NCBI GenBank assembly: GCA_964633885.1
Contig: CAZWKH010000001.1
Span: 1-28,956 of the forward strand
DNA from: an uncultured bacterium
Lineage (GTDB): Bacteria; Eisenbacteria; RBG-16-71-46; JABDJR01
Length of the DNA stretch: 28,956 bases
Reading direction: 5' to 3'
Part shown: positions 27,554 through 28,956 of the stretch, in pieces
Position numbering within the stretch: position 1 is the first letter of the stretch
Layout of the letters: every line of letters begins with the position of its first letter
Program-made: the position numbers and the translations under genes
Notes under the pieces: model-generated
The model's database searches: none
Told to the model about the DNA's origin: nothing
Seen by the model: only the letters and a program-made list of their open reading frames with translations

Positions 27554-28222
27554 CTACCTGGCCTCGGTGGGCGGCGCCGGATACCCCACGGTCTGGGCGA
27601 GAATGACCTGCTTCCCGGCGGGCAGACCAAGCGCCCCGGCCAGCGCTGCGCGGTCCACGCTCCCGCGCACGACGGTGCCGAGCCCCTCCGAGGCGCAGAA
27701 GAGGTAGACATTCTCGCTGATGAAGGCTGCGTCCGCCCCGGTGTAGAGGGTGCGGTCCTCCGCGGACACCTCGGCCAGCTTCGAGAGATCCGCCACATAC
27801 ACCAGGTTCACGGGAGCCTTTGCCACGAAGTCCTGGGCGCCGGTGGCCTCGCGCAGATCCCCCGCGGCAGCCGCGCGGAGGCGGTTGGCCAGGGCGTCGT
27901 AGAGGTACGCCCCCTCCGCCAGGACGACATAGACATCGATCTCCTGCCAGTTCCTTGCCGAGGGGGCCGTCCGCTTGCTCGTGTCGGGGCGATTGATGCC
28001 TGCCGCCGCCCAGAGGAGATCGGCGAGAGTCTGGAGGGGGAGCTTCTCCGTGGTGAACTCGCGGGTGGAGTGCCTCTGCTGGAGCGCCCGCATGAGGGGC
28101 ATGCCGCCCTCGCGGCGGGGCGCCGGCAAGGGAATGTCCTCGATCGCCTGCGCGCCGGCGGGGGTGGTGATGGCCGCGATCAACAGCGCGGCCGAGATGG
28201 CGTGCTTCCGTCGGGTTCTCAT
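27554..28222 (-). CDS. Nitroreductase-family (SagB/ThcOx-like) FMN-binding protein with N-terminal signal peptide
   Basis: IPLPAP...MPLMRALQQRHSTREF, RTAPSARNWQEID, ISENVYLFCASEGLGTVVRG, QTVGYP. N-terminus MRTRRKHAISAALLIAAITTPAGA. GGAGG SD upstream. Confidence 0.88.
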   Translation of the reverse strand: MRTRRKHAISAALLIAAITTPAGAQAIEDIPLPAPRREGGMPLMRALQQRHSTREFTTEKLPLQTLADLLWAAAGINRPDTSKRTAPSARNWQEIDVYVVLAEGAYLYDALANRLRAAAAGDLREATGAQDFVAKAPVNLVYVADLSKLAEVSAEDRTLYTGADAAFISENVYLFCASEGLGTVVRGSVDRAALAGALGLPAGKQVILAQTVGYPAPPTEAR

Positions 28223-28262
28223 CGTCGCCTCCCTTGCCGCCCGCGTGGCGCCGGGGGGTCTC

Positions 28263-28703
28263 TCACCCCAGAGCGGCGAGCACCTCCGCAGGGTGGCCGT
28301 TCACATCCACCTTCGAGTAAGCCTGCAGGATCACGCCGTCGGGCCCGATCACATAGGTGATACGATCCGCGTAGGCTTGGTCGGGGTCGGAGGCCGCGTG
28401 GTACGCCATGCCGATCCGTCGCTCCGGGTCGGAGAGGAGCGGGAAGGGGAAGTTGAACTTCCTGGCGAAGGCCTTGTTGTCATGAACCGTGTCGAAGCTC
28501 ACCCCCAACACCACCGCATTCCTGGCTTCGAATTGCTGGATTCCGTCCCGGAACCCTTGTCCTTCGATCGTTCACCCGGGGGTGTCGGCCTTGGGGAAGA
28601 ACCAGAGGATGACCGTCTTTCCCCTGAAATCGGAGAGGCGAACCTTCGCCCCGGTGTGCGCCGTAGCGGTGAATGCAGGCGCGTGCTCGCCGACCTTGAG
28701 CAT
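28263..28703 (-). CDS. bcp: BCP/PrxQ-type peroxiredoxin, selenocysteine at codon 44
   Basis: Track ORFs 28572..28868 and 28263..28514 are one frame joined across TGA at 28574-28572: MLKVGEHAPAF...VILWFFPKADTPG-U-TIEGQGFRD...VLGVSFD...FPFPLLSDP...RITYVIGPDG. The TGA aligns with the peroxidatic Cys of the TPGCT motif. AAGGAGG SD precedes ATG 28703. Confidence 0.9.
28528..28567 (-). promoter_or_regulatory. Bacterial SECIS-like hairpin immediately 3' of the Sec UGA
   Basis: mRNA UGA-ACGA-UCGAA-GGACAA-GGGUUCCG-GGA-CGGAAUCC-AGCAA-UUCGA: 5 bp lower stem, internal loop, 8 bp upper stem (one G-U pair), G-starting apical loop 23 nt after the UGA. Paired by eye. Confidence 0.7.
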
Positions 28704-28757
28704 GGGCACCTCCTTGGGTTGCGGCCGCGGCCGGGCCTGGGGGGGCATCGTCCGGTG

Positions 28758-28955
28758 ATGCGCGGGACCCGCCGCGTGGGGCAGCATATCACGGCGGCGC
28801 TTCTGCTTGCGACGGCGCTGCCGGTGTCGGTGGGCGCGGCGGTGGGGACTCGGCCCGCCACCGCCCACGCGGCCCAGGCCGCTTCGGCGAGCAGCCTGTC
28901 CGACCCGAACTGGACCCCCGTGGGGCAGGGGATCGCGTTCGCCCGGGTCGAGGCC
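28758..28955 (+). CDS. 5' end of a putative secreted protein; runs off the right edge
   Basis: Open frame from ATG 28758: MRGTRRVGQHITAALLLATALPVSVGAAVG...AHAAQAA...DPNWTPVGQGIAFARVEA, signal-peptide-like. Too short to assign a family. Confidence 0.5.
   Translation, partial: MRGTRRVGQHITAALLLATALPVSVGAAVGTRPATAHAAQAASASSLSDPNWTPVGQGIAFARVEA
28783..28791 (-). promoter_or_regulatory. Putative extended -10 promoter (TG-A-TATGCT) for the peroxiredoxin/nitroreductase genes
   Basis: Minus-strand TGATATGCT about 80 nt upstream of the bcp ATG. Confidence 0.4.
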
Positions 28956-28956
28956 G

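Noticed and set aside
28572-28574. Pseudogene interpretation of the split bcp
   Set aside because: The only lesion is a TGA exactly at the catalytic Cys position, followed by a SECIS-like hairpin, and the frame is otherwise intact. Sec recoding is the simpler explanation.
1-28956. Mobile elements, CRISPR arrays, tRNA/rRNA genes, Rho-independent terminators
   Set aside because: I saw no transposase or integrase motifs, regularly spaced repeats, cloverleaf-like sequences, or hairpins with clear U-tracts. Intergenic gaps are short.

Overview
A very GC-rich, densely coding bacterial window made mostly of housekeeping genes. I found no mobile element, CRISPR array, rRNA or tRNA. The C-terminal FlgD-Ig/T9SS-like sorting domain on the subtilase suggests an FCB-superphylum lineage such as Ca. 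Eisenbacteria/Latescibacteria (inference). Left to right: the 5' part of pyruvate kinase (-), a YcjF/DUF697 membrane protein (+), and a long minus-strand run moaC-mogA-moeA-S8 protease-DUF2231-like-DUF2007-PDZ protein. Then dsbD-tlpA (+), a ktrB-ktrA operon ending in a kinase-less TM-HAMP-PAS-like protein (-), and mobA (+). Next is a complex I operon with the order nuoA-C-E-F-H-J-K-L-M-N, which lacks nuoB, D, G and I and sits behind a near-consensus sigma70 promoter with a Rex-type operator. It is followed by an AEC transporter, an exported nitroreductase-family protein (-), a BCP-type peroxiredoxin with an in-frame UGA at its catalytic site plus a SECIS-like hairpin (a selenoprotein split in two by the ORF track), and the start of a secreted protein. 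The most notable observations are the complex I operon missing its Fe-S wire and quinone-site subunits, the selenocysteine peroxiredoxin, and the Ktr operon with an N-terminally extended KtrB and an output-less sensor.
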